The notes under the pieces: model-generated
Told to the model about the DNA's origin: nothing
The model's database searches: none
Seen by the model: the letters and a program-made list of their open reading frames with translations, nothing else
Shown here: one piece after another, positions 14,101 to 26,400 of the stretch
Layout: each line of letters opens with the position of its first letter
Position numbering within the stretch: position 1 is the stretch's first letter
Assembly: GCF_964204645.1 (NCBI RefSeq)
Contig: NC_134033.1
Span: 3,806,231-3,870,230 of the forward strand
Source: Tubulanus polymorphus
Lineage: Eukaryota; Animalia; Nemertea
Direction: 5' to 3'
Length of the DNA: 64,000 bases
Position numbers and translations under genes: made by a program

Positions 14101-14366
14101 ATGTCGTAGTAAACTTGAACGAGAAAACTTCCCGGCAAAGAGCTGTTGACGAACCAACGACATTCGACACCGCGCACTAACGACGGATAGTCCGGTGAAA
14201 CGATGTAACCAGACGTAGAATCGACGGAGTATTGAGTGTTGTTACAAGATGAATTGACTGTAACAGACGCGGCTTCCTCGACAGAGTTTGCGCGATCAGC
14301 CCGCGTAAATATACAGTCTCCGCAAGCGATCAGTAAAACTACGAACAACGCTTTCATTCGCTGCAT
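8154..14366 (-). CDS. GRL101/LGR-like GPCR, array copy 2 (CUB-CTL-LDLa-LRR-7TM, ~1938 aa, apparently intact)
   Basis: Exons 14366-13143, 12826-11489 and 11408-8154, with GT-AG phase-0 introns. About 7 LDLa modules (e.g. CDGRSDCPNSEDE), LRRs (LxxLDLxxNxI), hinge DQFSTCSDLM, 7TM with CWLP and NSSLNPLLY. Confidence 0.9.
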
Positions 14367-15289
14367 ATTGAACACAATTCACGCTTCAAAACAAACACTT
14401 TACTAACTATTTCTAAGTTCGCACGACATTTCTCAAAAGAGTCGCTGCAAAGTAATGACGAATTCGCAAATGTCAGAAGTTGACGAATTGATCCAGAGTC
14501 CAATTATTTTGTAAAAGTTCTCCCATCAAACTGGCGCCAGACTCGTATTTGTGAAACTTTCATCTGTTCTCGGTTTTGCTGTAATTACCGCGGTTTCTAA
14601 ATTTAGACGTGTTTCAATATATCGTGTTTATAATCATGTGCAATTATTTCTCTAAAAATATTTACTGTCGTTCCGAACTGCGTTCAGTTTGTGATAATAT
14701 TCGATGACATTTTGTATATATACCTCAAAATATTCTGCGTCTCTGTAAAACACTTCGTCGATATCTGTTTTGATAATTCACACTCTACAGTCAATATAAT
14801 AACTGAGTTGAGGCTAATCGAAGCGGGTGGGTATCTGATTGTGGTGAGTAATAGGTCTTGTTCGGTACAGATTGTTTTGAAGAAACAAAAGCAACCAAGT
14901 AAGACGGGGATGACAGCGGTAGAATAGAAACAGAGAAATGTTAGGAATCTTTAGTTAGGAAACTGTTGCAATAACCCCGGCGAGAATCTGACTCGCGCAC
15001 TCTGATTCGGTCCGTTCTAAATTTGTCCCGTTTCGGACCCGGACCCGTTTAGAACGGTCTAACTGCTTCGTAGTGTGAACGCGACGAAATTCCAACCAAT
15101 AATAAATGAGGTGAATTGATAATTCCGAAACTTCTGATCATCATTTAAAAATGTTTAATTTGACTCAATTTAGATTAGTCCAATCTAGCAGAGAGGCAGC
15201 TGTGATGAAGTCTTGTTAACCTGTCGCGAAAAAGACTCCATTAGAACGATAACCGCACTCAAACGTGATGAACGGATAATAAGATAAAA

Positions 15290-15470
15290 ACCCACTATCT
15301 ACAGATTAAAAGATTTTAAAAACAAGACTTTATTCATTAAATCTAAAACATATATAAGACACGACGTTTCGATCTCACCCTAGAGATCATCGTCAGGTGT
15401 GAGATTTAGACTAAAAACAGGGGTATATATACAGAGGAGGACAGGTTAATTGAGTAAATTGGCGAGTGAG
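15290..15470 (-). mobile_element. Penelope-like element LTR remnant
   Basis: On the minus strand, a TATATA element is followed by a minimal hammerhead motif (15400-15359) and then AATAAA, the layout typical of Penelope pLTRs. Boundaries are approximate. Confidence 0.55.
15359..15400 (-). ncRNA. Minimal type-I hammerhead ribozyme
   Basis: Minus strand reads ACAC-CTGACGA-T-GATCTC-TAGGGT-GAGATC-GAAA-C-GTC-GTGT. This gives a CUGANGA/GAAA core, a 6-bp stem II, a 4-bp stem I, a GUC cleavage triplet and a vestigial helix III. Confidence 0.7.
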
Positions 15471-15677
15471 TAAATAATTAGTGTTTGGCAAGACTCTATT
15501 ATTGGTCTTGTTGCTGTACTGGTGACTAGTACGTGTTTACAATGTCGGCAACGATCCAAACTGAACCGCTTTGTAAGCTTTAACTTCGATACCCGACGCC
15601 GATGTCAAGCCGGCAAAATGTAAAGATCGACTTTGAAGGTTCACTATGTATTATTCAGAGTAAGACTTTCGCTACTT

Positions 15678-15846
15678 CAGTGGAATCTCGTTACAGCGAA
15701 CTTCACGGGACCAGAAAATCTGTTCCTTATACTCGATTCTTCGTTATATCCAGTATGAAGTGAATTTTCTTACTCGGCACACAATTTCATATTTGTTATA
15801 TCCGATGAATCGTTGTATCCGAGTTCGTTATAACGAGGTTCCACTT
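15678..15846. mobile_element. Tc1/pogo(Tigger)-type MITE
   Basis: TIRs CAGTGGAATCTCGTTACAGCGAACT and AGTTCGTTATAACGAGGTTCCACT, with TA on the right flank. A related TIR fragment occurs at ~6168-6193. Confidence 0.75.
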
Positions 15847-16028
15847 TAGTGCATATGGTGATTTAGATATTCAGGTGAAGTACTGCAAATGAATCTAGTT
15901 AACTTTCAAAGTACTATTCGTCTGTAAGTGTAACTGATTCAATCTTGGAGAATAGTTAAAATATGAGATTATACTTGAAATATCAAATATGCGATAAAAA
16001 CCACGTGCGCTCTACGGCAATGCATGAT

Positions 16029-16100
16029 TCCCATATGGTCTAGTGGTTAGGATTCCTGGCTTTCACCCAGGCGGCCCGGGTTCGATTCCCGGTGTGGGAA
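16029..16100 (+). tRNA. tRNA-Glu(TTC)
   Basis: TCCCATATGGTCTAGTGGTTAGGATTCCTGGCTTTCACCCAGGCGGCCCGGGTTCGATTCCCGGTGTGGGAA forms a full cloverleaf with anticodon TTC, A/B boxes and a downstream T-run. Confidence 0.97.
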
Positions 16101-17763
16101 CGAGTATTTTATGGTTTAATTTTTTTGCTACCTTTTTACAAATGCAATTGATTAAAGTCTGTTCAATTAATTGAAAGGAATCTTTTTCATTTCCGTATAT
16201 GAATCGTACAAAATGAACCTACCATCTTTATAAAGCGGATCCTCGTAAGGAATCTTGAACGCTGTAAACATAGATGAATGCTATTGATGAAATTTTGAAG
16301 AAATCGTCTTTGGAGCAATCGTCTAATTCGTCTTATAGATTACTCCAAAATAAAATGAACGCTCATTTCATGATTCAAACAGGGCCCAGTCCCACAAATA
16401 AGTTGAACATAGTTTAAATAGCTCACAGACTTAAGATAAGTTTTTAAAGTTATGTTGGAACGAATTTTTGAATTTGTCATCAATATTTACCACAGTTATT
16501 CAAACGCGTAAATCAGTAATAAACAAAGCAAGATTCCGCAATTGAAAAATAGTAGAGATAATCAAGGATTGAAAAGTTGATTATGTCACAACACTTCAAC
16601 TGTTCCCTATAAAAGCCATGGTCAACCCAACTGATGATGGCTGATAGATATTCATTCTTCAATTGTGGTAATTCGCCTAAACGCCTTGAAATCAACTGAA
16701 TCCAATTTCCACTTTGGTAATATTGATTTCATCAAAAATGGTAAAAAGAAGCGATATCCATTACATTTTACCTCCAGTGCAGCGGAAAACTGCTAAAATC
16801 CAGAATATGCCGAACATGTTCGCAATGATAGTATATAGACATTTATTGAACTATTTATTCTGTTTAAAAAACAAACCAGATGTCACGTTCCCAATACTGG
16901 TTACCAAGTCAGGATTTTAAAAGTAGCAGCCACGAAAATTTATTCGTATTTTTCTACCTAAAAATAGGGATTGAACATGTTATTTATTTAATTGATAGAT
17001 TTTGATTCTTTTCTGTTTTTATTCCGTGTCCCTTACAGACCATCGACACGTGCCGGGAACGAAACAAATGGGGGAGGGAGGGGGGAGGGGGGTTGATTTT
17101 GAAATTCGAAATTGAAGCACAGATACAATAGAAATAGCATCGGCGGTCGAATTTACAAATTCTTTTTGTTTAAATCGAAGTACATATCGAAGTGCATAAT
17201 TGTAAAATGTCTTTGCCGGTTCATTCAACCAATCTTCCAACTAACCTGAACAGGCAAGCGACTGACTGGGGTTTATTTTGTTGGCCGCCTAATTTGATAC
17301 ATCGAGATTTCGGAAATAACTGTAATTTGAGAGACATTTTGCCCAAGGCCAAGGTCACTTTATTATTTCGATATCACTTTTAAATGCACTCGCAGACCCG
17401 TCGTCTAGCTAGTTTATGGAATTGAACTAAAGGAACAAAATAATTATGTTGCCCAAAAATGTGTGGGAGAGTGGTACATGAAGGCTACGCCCCTTCCCTC
17501 GGGACACCCTACAACTATGTAGACGAAGAACTCAAATCAATCAATAGAATAAATAGTAGGATAATCATGCGTATGTCAAAAAGAGATCTATGAAATCATA
17601 ACCATGCTGACATATCACGATCTCATCTGACTGTGTTATCTGCTGCTGCGCTTATCTTGACAATACATTATTTACATCTCGACGAAAACAACGAAACCAC
17701 AGATTCGAATTTGTTTTAGATTTAGCGACGCCAAACACGAACAACGTCGATCTATTAACAGTT

Positions 17764-18058
17764 GACATCAACTACTGCGGCAAGAAAATTCCACCTGTGG
17801 CAAGTGAGGATCCACCACGTGTCGCTAGTGTGCAGTAGGACATCAACTACTGCGACAATAGAGGATTCCACTTATGGAAAGTGAGGATCCACCACGCGTC
17901 ACTAGTGTGCAGTAGGACATCAGCTACTGCGACAATAGAGGATTCCACTTGTGGAAAGTGAGGATCCACCAGGTGTCACTAGTGTGCAGTAGGACATCAA
18001 CTACTGCGGCAAGAAAATTCCACTTGTGGTAAGTGAGGATCCAGCGGGTGTCGCTAGT
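17764..18058. repeat. Minisatellite, ~4 x 75-77 bp
   Basis: Units start GACATCA(A/G)CTACTGCG at 17764, 17839, 17916 and 17993, each containing GTGAGGATCCA. Confidence 0.9.
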
Positions 18059-18579
18059 AGTTACTTGATCTTCCGCGCTTCAATTCCTTCTACATTTCAA
18101 CTGAAATCGAATCATTTATTTTTTTTACTTGAAGTTTAACTTTACCAAACACCGAACAATTAATCTGATCCGTTGTGTCAAGGCTCGTTTGAAGTCTGTT
18201 TAAAGTTGACTGAACGTGAACTGACGATAGGCAAAAATGATTTTGCCTAAATGTAAAGATGGATAAATTAATTTATTTTCCTACCATTTTGATAGTAATG
18301 GTATATATGTAAGGAACAATAATTTTGCTTACAATCGAAAAGGAGAAAAATAAAGACTTTTAAACATGACAAGGTTATTTACAAGGTTATACAAATGTAC
18401 TATTTACTAACATACAACAGCAGCGATCTATACTATCTAAACCGTTTTAAATAAATTTCGTCAATTCTGGGTTTTATATAATATATCAAAAATTTCAAAA
18501 ATTTTTATATTCGGAATGTCGCAAAACCGACTGTTAGTCGCGCCATCTAGTGTTTGTCACCGGTTCCTCGACGAGTCGT

Positions 18580-21221
18580 TCACATTTCGTCCGCCGCGTT
18601 GACGACAACTCGTATATCGCCGAGACCGAGGTTCAACGGTTTCATACGCAGCATACGCCGCCACTGTACCACGTGCACGAGCGCCATCGTATTCAGGCGC
18701 ATGCGCGTCACCGTCGAAATCGTCTCCTTCAGCTCGTCGTGTTTCGAGTGCACGCCGGTCATAATCGCTATCAGAAAGTTCAACATCACGATGGCCACGA
18801 TGAAAACCATTTCCATATGGTAAACCTGGAACAACACCAACTTGTGGCGATCCGACGATATTTGCGCGTAGTCCGCCATGTTTATCATGCTCAGAAACGT
18901 GCCGTAGATCACTTTCCAGCTGGACCATCCGCAGACGTTCGCGTTCACCAGCAACGACGATAGACACGTGCAGTAGATCATGAAAACCACCGCGAATATG
19001 AAGGAAAACCTCGCCAGAGCTTGCAACATCTTTTGCAAGCTCATGAAGTAGAAACCGAACGAGGGAAATATTTGAAAAAACGCGCAGACGTTGCTGAGAA
19101 AAACCGGCGTGAAAAACAGGTACATCCAGCTGAACTCGTAGGGCACTTGATTCTTGGTGTAGACGGCGTTCGCTAGCATGATCGTCACCAGAATCGAATC
19201 GTGGAGAAGTTGACCGAACGTATTGCGTAAGATAAATTTCAGTACGAGCCTGCGTTTAAGCGAGGCGATGATGAGGGCGACGTAGGCCAGTATCTTCAAT
19301 ACAACTATCAAGCTGACCGCGTAAGCGGACGCACGCATGCATACTCGAACCGGTCGCGGCATCGGTATGTATGACTTATTCGCCATGCAGTAATCTGCAG
19401 AGAAAAAATCGAAAAAAAATTTGAATATATATTAAAAATATAATATAAATTCAGAATAAAATATGTAAATGTACGTATGCGAATTGTGATTGCGATTTGA
19501 GAGATGTGAGATGTGAAGATAGGATTCTTGAGTTTCGGATAGTTAATTAGGTACGGTCTTAATTGACACAGTTTAGCCATAGGCTGTTACGAGCTGTTTA
19601 GATACCACAATTAGCGCTAACTTTCGAGTTGGAAAAAAATCCTCCAACCGTGAGACAATGCTCAGACCAGACTGGGCGATTTTCGGTTATCGGAATAAGC
19701 CGAACCAGAGAAGTGCGATGACACATCGCTGGTCGAACTAAGTGAAACCGAATGTCAGCTAGTCGGAACTATAGTCCGGAATTAGTCGACCACGGAATTG
19801 AGCATTTAACGGGAAAACCAACAGAAGCCTAACGTTGTTTAATACAGGCCACATTGGCCCGACCTGATTCTGGTTGGCTAGTAACGACTCCAACGACCCG
19901 TGAGGTCAAGGGATTCGAACCCACTTAGCGAAAGCCGTTCCACGAGAAAATAAACTAGTATATATATAATACGAACAAGGCTGCGCAGAAAATCCGTTAT
20001 CGCTGCCTTGCAGCTATATTTACTATCGCTATTAACTTGTTAATACTATCGTTTCGGCAATGTAGACAAATAAAGTAAACTTATTCCATTGTATTCTGTT
20101 CTGCAATAGCTACGGTACGCCAACGAGGAAGAGATGACCTCCAGCGCGCCAGTAGAAGCTGTATAACGTCATCAATGTATCGCTACTGGACTGGTTACCG
20201 GTCAATTCGATAATCGATTTTTTTTTTAAATCCAAAATTACTTTATTGATCCTAAATACTAGCTAACTTAATATCATGTTTTTCATTGTCGACAATATAA
20301 CGCAATATATGTGTTATTTCTAAATGCGTCTAAACTTTCATATTAGTTTTCTTGTTTACCTGTGTTGTTGAGATCCGCTGAAATGTGTTCCTGATATTCG
20401 TAAAACCTGACGTGCGGCATCAACATGAAGAGCATGAAAATACACAATCTAAAAGCGCTTCCCAGACAGTGCACGTATTTACTCCTAGCCCAAATCAGCT
20501 TCGACCAGGCCTCGATCGACGGGTTCTTCAAACAGGCGCTGGCGTGCATCTTCTCCAGCACCGAATCGGCGTCGTTCAAGACGAAAAACCAGTGCGGCGA
20601 TTTATCGTAACGATCGCTGTCCGCATCGTAAACCCCGAGATCGTACGAGTATACGACCTTCATGCCGTGATCGGCGGTCATCGTGCGGTAGACGCCCTCC
20701 GTGTTCAAAATAACCGAAAACAAACCGAACGTCCCCACGCGGGCGGCGAACTCTAACGGTCGAAGTTCTAGTTTATTCTCGTCCGTCAGTAGAACTGCCA
20801 TATTCGGCGATATTTGGCGGTATACGAGGCGGTAGATTTCGACGAGTTTTGACTCTAGACGCGGGCACGCGGCCGCCGCCGAGACCAGCGCGTGAACGAC
20901 GTTGTTACCGTTAACGTCCTTGACCAGCACGTCTGCTCCCTCGGCGATGAGATACCAGACGACATCCGCGCTGCAGAAAATACAAGCCAGAAACAGCGGG
21001 TTCGAAACCACCGACTTGTCGGCTATCTCGTCCGGGTAGCGCCGCTCGGGAACGACGACGCTAGAATCGTCGGTTAGATTTACGGTTAGATCTGAATCGA
21101 TCAAATCCGATCCTCGCTCGAGTTTGAAGAATTCGTCGCGCGTTTTCTTGACGACGCCGAGGTCGTTACGTTTGATGGCGTCCCGGAATTCGCGGGTTAC
21201 ACGCCTTTTATCGCTTTCCAT
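18580..21221 (-). CDS. TRPV-like ankyrin-repeat cation channel (~558 aa, two coding exons)
   Basis: Exon A 21221-20360 has ankyrin repeats NPLFLAC..ADVLVKDVNGNNVVHALV and LRPLEFAARVG, then YSYDL. Phase-1 intron 20359-19395 (GTAAAC...tctctgcAG). Exon B 19394-18580 has TM helices, FGFYFMSLQKML, a pore region and S6 MLNFLIAIM. An acceptor at 21241 suggests further upstream exon(s). Confidence 0.8.
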
Positions 21222-22093
21222 AATTCGCGGATAAATTCTCCTGAAAAGTTCGCTCCAGTCAACTTGATCGCGAAGTGGCAATCAGCTTGGAATGATTTCG
21301 CTTCAAAATCACGATTAGTTTCCGATGATTTGGCAAGAATGTCACAATCAGTTTTCAATGTGTCAATTTCTAAAGAATTTCAAATTAAATTTTCCAACGA
21401 TTTACTAGAACTTACAATCAGATTTCATTTTTCACAATCATTGTCCAACGATAATATCTGTAATGTCACAATCAGTTTTAGCACGTCACTGTTAAGTTTC
21501 TTCCGATTGTTTCGCAATAAATTCAAAATCAGTTGTCAGTTATTCCCTCCGAGATTCCGATCAGTTTTCAATATATGAATCACTCGTCATTATCCAGTTT
21601 CCAATGTAGTCGCCATAGAAAGTTTAGTTCCTTTCGTATCATATACGATCAAGATTAAGTTGTTTTTTTTAACATTCATAAATTCAACATAATCAAATTG
21701 TAACGGCAAATATGGAACTGAGTTCGACCGGCTCCCGAAGTTGACGAAATGCTAGCGATGATAAAGTACAACTGGTTGCCAGATCCCAGAACTGTGTGAC
21801 AAACATTCACTGATGAAAAACGCGATTAAAATGACTGTTCAAGTACGTCGCGCACTGGTACGTACATACGAGCTGACGTGTGGAGAGGTGTTGTATCGAT
21901 ACAGATTCGTTTCAAACGTATTTTATAACTCATCATCGCGGTTTTATTTGCATTTATTACGAGTAATTTATCCGCTGATATGATCGCCGGCTCGCTGGTG
22001 CGTTCGTATAATATGTGGTAAAATATTTATACATCGCTATGAAACGATGTATCTAACCGTGATGTTTATCACTGGCTGTGATATTTGTTATTG

Positions 22094-22216
22094 GAGAGGG
22101 AAAGGGAGAGGGGGCAGAGGGAGAGGCAGAGGCAGTGGTAGAGGCAGAGGCAGGGGCAGAGGCAGGGGCAGGGGCAGGCACAGAGGCAGGGGCAGGCGCA
22201 GAGGCAGAGGCAGGGT
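22094..22216. repeat. (GGCAGA/GGCAGG)n purine-rich hexamer repeat
   Basis: Direct reading of the sequence. Confidence 0.9.
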
Positions 22217-22341
22217 CAAGGGCGGTTTGCTATCATCAAAACTATGAACAAATGAAAGTTAGTATTAATAAACTGTGAATCTGTTTCTGAGATTAAAACT
22301 GAAATATATTTTTGAACCAGAGGTCACCCCGGAAAAAATGA

Positions 22342-23460
22342 ACTGCACCAGACGTTAGATACATTCAATCAGCAGCCTTTCAATAGTGATCGCTTGAAGC
22401 GATGTGGTTCCATGGATACAAAATGATACCCGCATTAAGCGTACGTAATACAATGGATACTCGGTACCGGCAACGCCCCAATATACTCGAATATAGTCAA
22501 CTTTCGAAATGAAATCTGATAAAACATGATTAATTTGTGAGAGAAATAAATAGAGAAATAGGGAAATCCACTATTCTGTTTAAATCACATATCGCGTGGT
22601 ATATCCGTTGAGAGTCTGTCTCATCGGTAGCGATCATATTACACAAGTGCATATCAGTTTTTGATACTTTGATAATATGACTTCGAAATAAAACATTTGA
22701 TTTTCAAGGATTTAATCATGCAAGGGAAGAGCAAGTAGATAAAATAGTAAATATATATAGTCTAAGCATTAAACTTGACTTCGTATTCTATTGAAAATTG
22801 ATTGCATATATCGATTATAATATTCAATGCTTCTGATATTTTGCATGGGGTATATTGCACTTTCTTTTACTTGGCAATTTCGTTTACCCGAATCGGTCAC
22901 CATGCGGTTCGGTTGTGGCTGAAAAATACTTTCATTCGGTGGCACATTTAGTAAAGTAGTATAGTATTTATTTTTCATTAGGTCGTTACATTATTACATT
23001 ATTGATATCGCATGATATACAGTGACAAAAATGTAACAAGAAAATGTGGGCTACACGAAGAGATCACAAAGATCTATCGGAGCCGTGCCGCCCTAAAAGA
23101 ACAATCAAACCAATCACTCTTACACACACGCTCACACTACATCAGTGAATACAAATTAATAAGTCGTCATCTATGTAATCGTCTATTTCAATTTCACTGG
23201 TCAGTAAAGGGCTCACCGAGCCCCTTAAATCCACACCTGAAGTAAATACTATTGCATTTAACAAACAATCTACAATGAATCTAATAGCTACGAAAATAAC
23301 ACTATTTCATATGAATTGTTCAGATGAAGAAGTGATGAAAAAACTGAATGGACCACGGGCCCAAAGGTCGTCGTTAATATCTCCTTTGTTCTTTTGATTC
23401 ATTACTAGAGTTTGGTGTGCGACCATGAACATTAAAACGATTCGTTTAAAAGCTCCTTTA
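22342..23460. repeat. Duplicated 3' flank shared by GPCR copies 2 and 3
   Basis: Matches 6382-6509 and 7110-8150; the ~600-bp stretch 6510-7109 is absent here. Confidence 0.85.
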
Positions 23461-23463
23461 TTG

Positions 23464-26400
23464 CTACTGAAGTGTTCTACTTTTTTGTTGACGATTATAT
23501 CTCGGTCTAATTGATTTCATATCGATCGTCAGTATTGTATAAAGAAGCGGATTCAGAGACGAGTTGATCGGTAAAAATAGAACGGCCAGCCAAGCGGCCA
23601 CCTGGTTCGGTATCTCGACCGAAAAGACGGCGCAAAACTGAACGATTATTATCGGTAGCCAGCAAAATAAATTACAAAGATTGATTACTAAACTCCTTCG
23701 AGCTAAAACCAGTTCGGTAGGATCGGCTCTACCCGAACCCGACCTACTCCCAGATACGAGTCTATACATCTGGGCGTACGTCGTCATTATCGTAGCCAAT
23801 ATGGCCGAATTAAACAAGGCAAAAATAGCGAATGAATAGTGCCAGCCATTGACGTCGATCGTCAGTAAATTCATAGGCAAACAAACTCCGGTTGTACCGT
23901 AAAAATTGTCTCCGAAGTAAGACGACGATGACAGCGGTAGAATAGAAACTGTGCTTATAACGACCCAACAAATGCAGCAAATACCGATAACGTATTTCGG
24001 AGTTATAATCGCACTTCTAGAAAACGGGTTGACGATATTTGAATATCTCTGACGCGTTAGAATTAAGAGAAAAGTTAAGGAACCTTCGCACGAAACGGTG
24101 ACTATAACCCCGGCGAGACGACATAATGAGCTATCCGTCCAGGTTTCAGAATTCAGATAATAAACGCCTTTGAACACGTAGTCAGCTCCTGCGATCAAAA
24201 ACAAATAGACCGACATCAGAAAATCACAACCGGCAATATTTATGATGAGGATGTCTGAAGATGCGTTACGTGTTCCGGGGGATTCCATCCGCAAAGCTTG
24301 AACGCGAAATACAATAACGATACTGTTAGCGAGAAAACTGAAAGATGCGATCATCCAGATGACGGCTCTCAGTACAGCGTTACCCATCAGGTCAGAGCAG
24401 GTCGAAAATTGATCAGCCTCGGGAAGACATCGGTCGACATTCGGTGCCATGCAGCAAAATTTGTAAGCATCCGAAGCGAGGTATCTCAATGATGTAAGAT
24501 CGCCAAGAACGTTTCTTTTTACGAATATCACTTCGGAATTGTTGACGAGATCTAAAATTTCGAGTTTAGCCAGTCCAGAAAAAGCATAGCTGGAAATATA
24601 ATGTATTCTGTTATTACTGATATTTAACGACTGTAATGTGGATAAACCTTTAAATACATTTTCACCGAGAACCGATATAGAAAGTCCGTGAAGATCGAGA
24701 ACAGTAAGTGACGTCAGACCTCGGAAACTACCGTCTTCTAAATGTTGCAGCGGATTTCCGATAAGAAATAGTTCTTTTAAACCGATCAAACCTGCGAATG
24801 TATTAGCAGATAATGATGTTATGCGGTTGTGAGTAAGGTCTAATGCGCATAGATTGTTTAGATTAGAAAACGCGTTTGGAACGATGTAAGACAAATTATT
24901 GCCTGAAATGTCGAGAAAACGAAGATAAATGAAAGGGTTTAACATCGATTCGTTAAATACGACTCGGTTATTCGACAAAATCAAAGCCCGAGTTGATTCT
25001 ATAAAACGACCAGTAATATCTGATAAAAGAGCATTTTCACAATCGATGAAATGACCCCGGCAATTACAACGCTCAGGACACGTGACCTTACAGTATGATT
25101 CGTCATCCGAGTTATGTTTACAATTAACGACACCGTCGCAAACTTCAGATTGCGGAATACAACGATTTTCCTGACCACATTTAAACATTCCCGGACACGA
25201 CCAAATCTCGCAGTTTCGTTCATCTTCTGAATTAGGACAATCGGATCGACCGTCACAAACGTGTCTGATCGGTATACAGTAAGATGCCGGACATTTTACA
25301 GTACCAGCCGCGCATTCGAAGTCATTACACGCGAGTATATGTTCAAGATTTCTACATACCGGGAAACCAATCGGCATCCTTTCTAAAATACACCTTTCGT
25401 GTCGGAAATAACAGCGAGGAGAATTGAACGAACATCTTTGTTCATCCGATTCCTTACACAGATCTGTGAAACGAGTCGTACAGTGATTGTCATTATTACA
25501 GTAAACCTCGGGATTCACTGTCATATTAGTGACCAATTCGTCTTCTTCGAGACTTCCGCTACAATCCACGACACCATCCCGATACAACTGAGAACTAATA
25601 CATTCACCGTCCGCGCACGAGAACCCCTGGCAATTTTCGGCATTGCATCCGATCTCATCGGAACCGTCTTTACAGTTGGCTAGTCCGTCACATCGTTTAT
25701 AACTATCGATACATTTGTGATTGGAACAGCGATATTGCGTAGATAAACACGGTGGATGATAGCAAGAGTTCTCATCCGAGCCATCGACGCAATCTCTCAT
25801 GAAGTCGCAGAAACCGCTAATCGATATAACCTGTCCATCTTTACAGCGGAACTGACTGTGTAGGTTGATATCCGTACAATCGAGTTCATCTTCACCGTGT
25901 TGACAGTCGTGTCTGGTATCACATACGCGATGGTCGCTGATACATCTTTGATCGTTACATTCAAACTGCCACGATTTACAACCGCTTATAGAAGCTAACT
26001 CTTCACCAGTTACATTATAGGTACACAACACGGAATACACTTTATCTTTTGTATTATCGAAAGGTTTCAATAACCATTTAAGCGATTGAATATAATTAAT
26101 TTCATTTCTTGTCACCAGTGGTTTGATAATTTTAGATCCGTCGCGGTCCATTGTCAGTATAGCGCCATATTGATGGCGATATTGAAATTTGTTGATCAAA
26201 TTTTTCATATCACTTTCTATATTTAAGTTGATTCTTACTATTTCGGTGCGGATGCTGTGACACATTTCTCTGGCACTCCGAATATTCAAACCTCGATTGT
26301 TTTTCCAGTCGGTTAGTATGTGATAACATTGTCCGGTAATAGTTACCCAACCTCTTGGACAGGTTGAATTTATTAAAGTAACATCGGGAATGATTTGATC

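Noticed and set aside
17764-18058. CRISPR-like array
   Set aside because: Whole units repeat without unique spacers, there are no cas genes, and the context is eukaryotic.
19880-19950. tRNA-like B box (GGTTCGAATCC, minus strand)
   Set aside because: No cloverleaf or convincing A box; at most a SINE remnant.
21264-21600. Upstream coding extension of the TRPV-like gene
   Set aside because: Minus-strand frames contain stops; the region is a short AAAACTGATTGTGACATT-type repeat.
22047-22278. RG-rich and EAGA-rich ORFs
   Set aside because: These are translations of a GGCAGR microsatellite.
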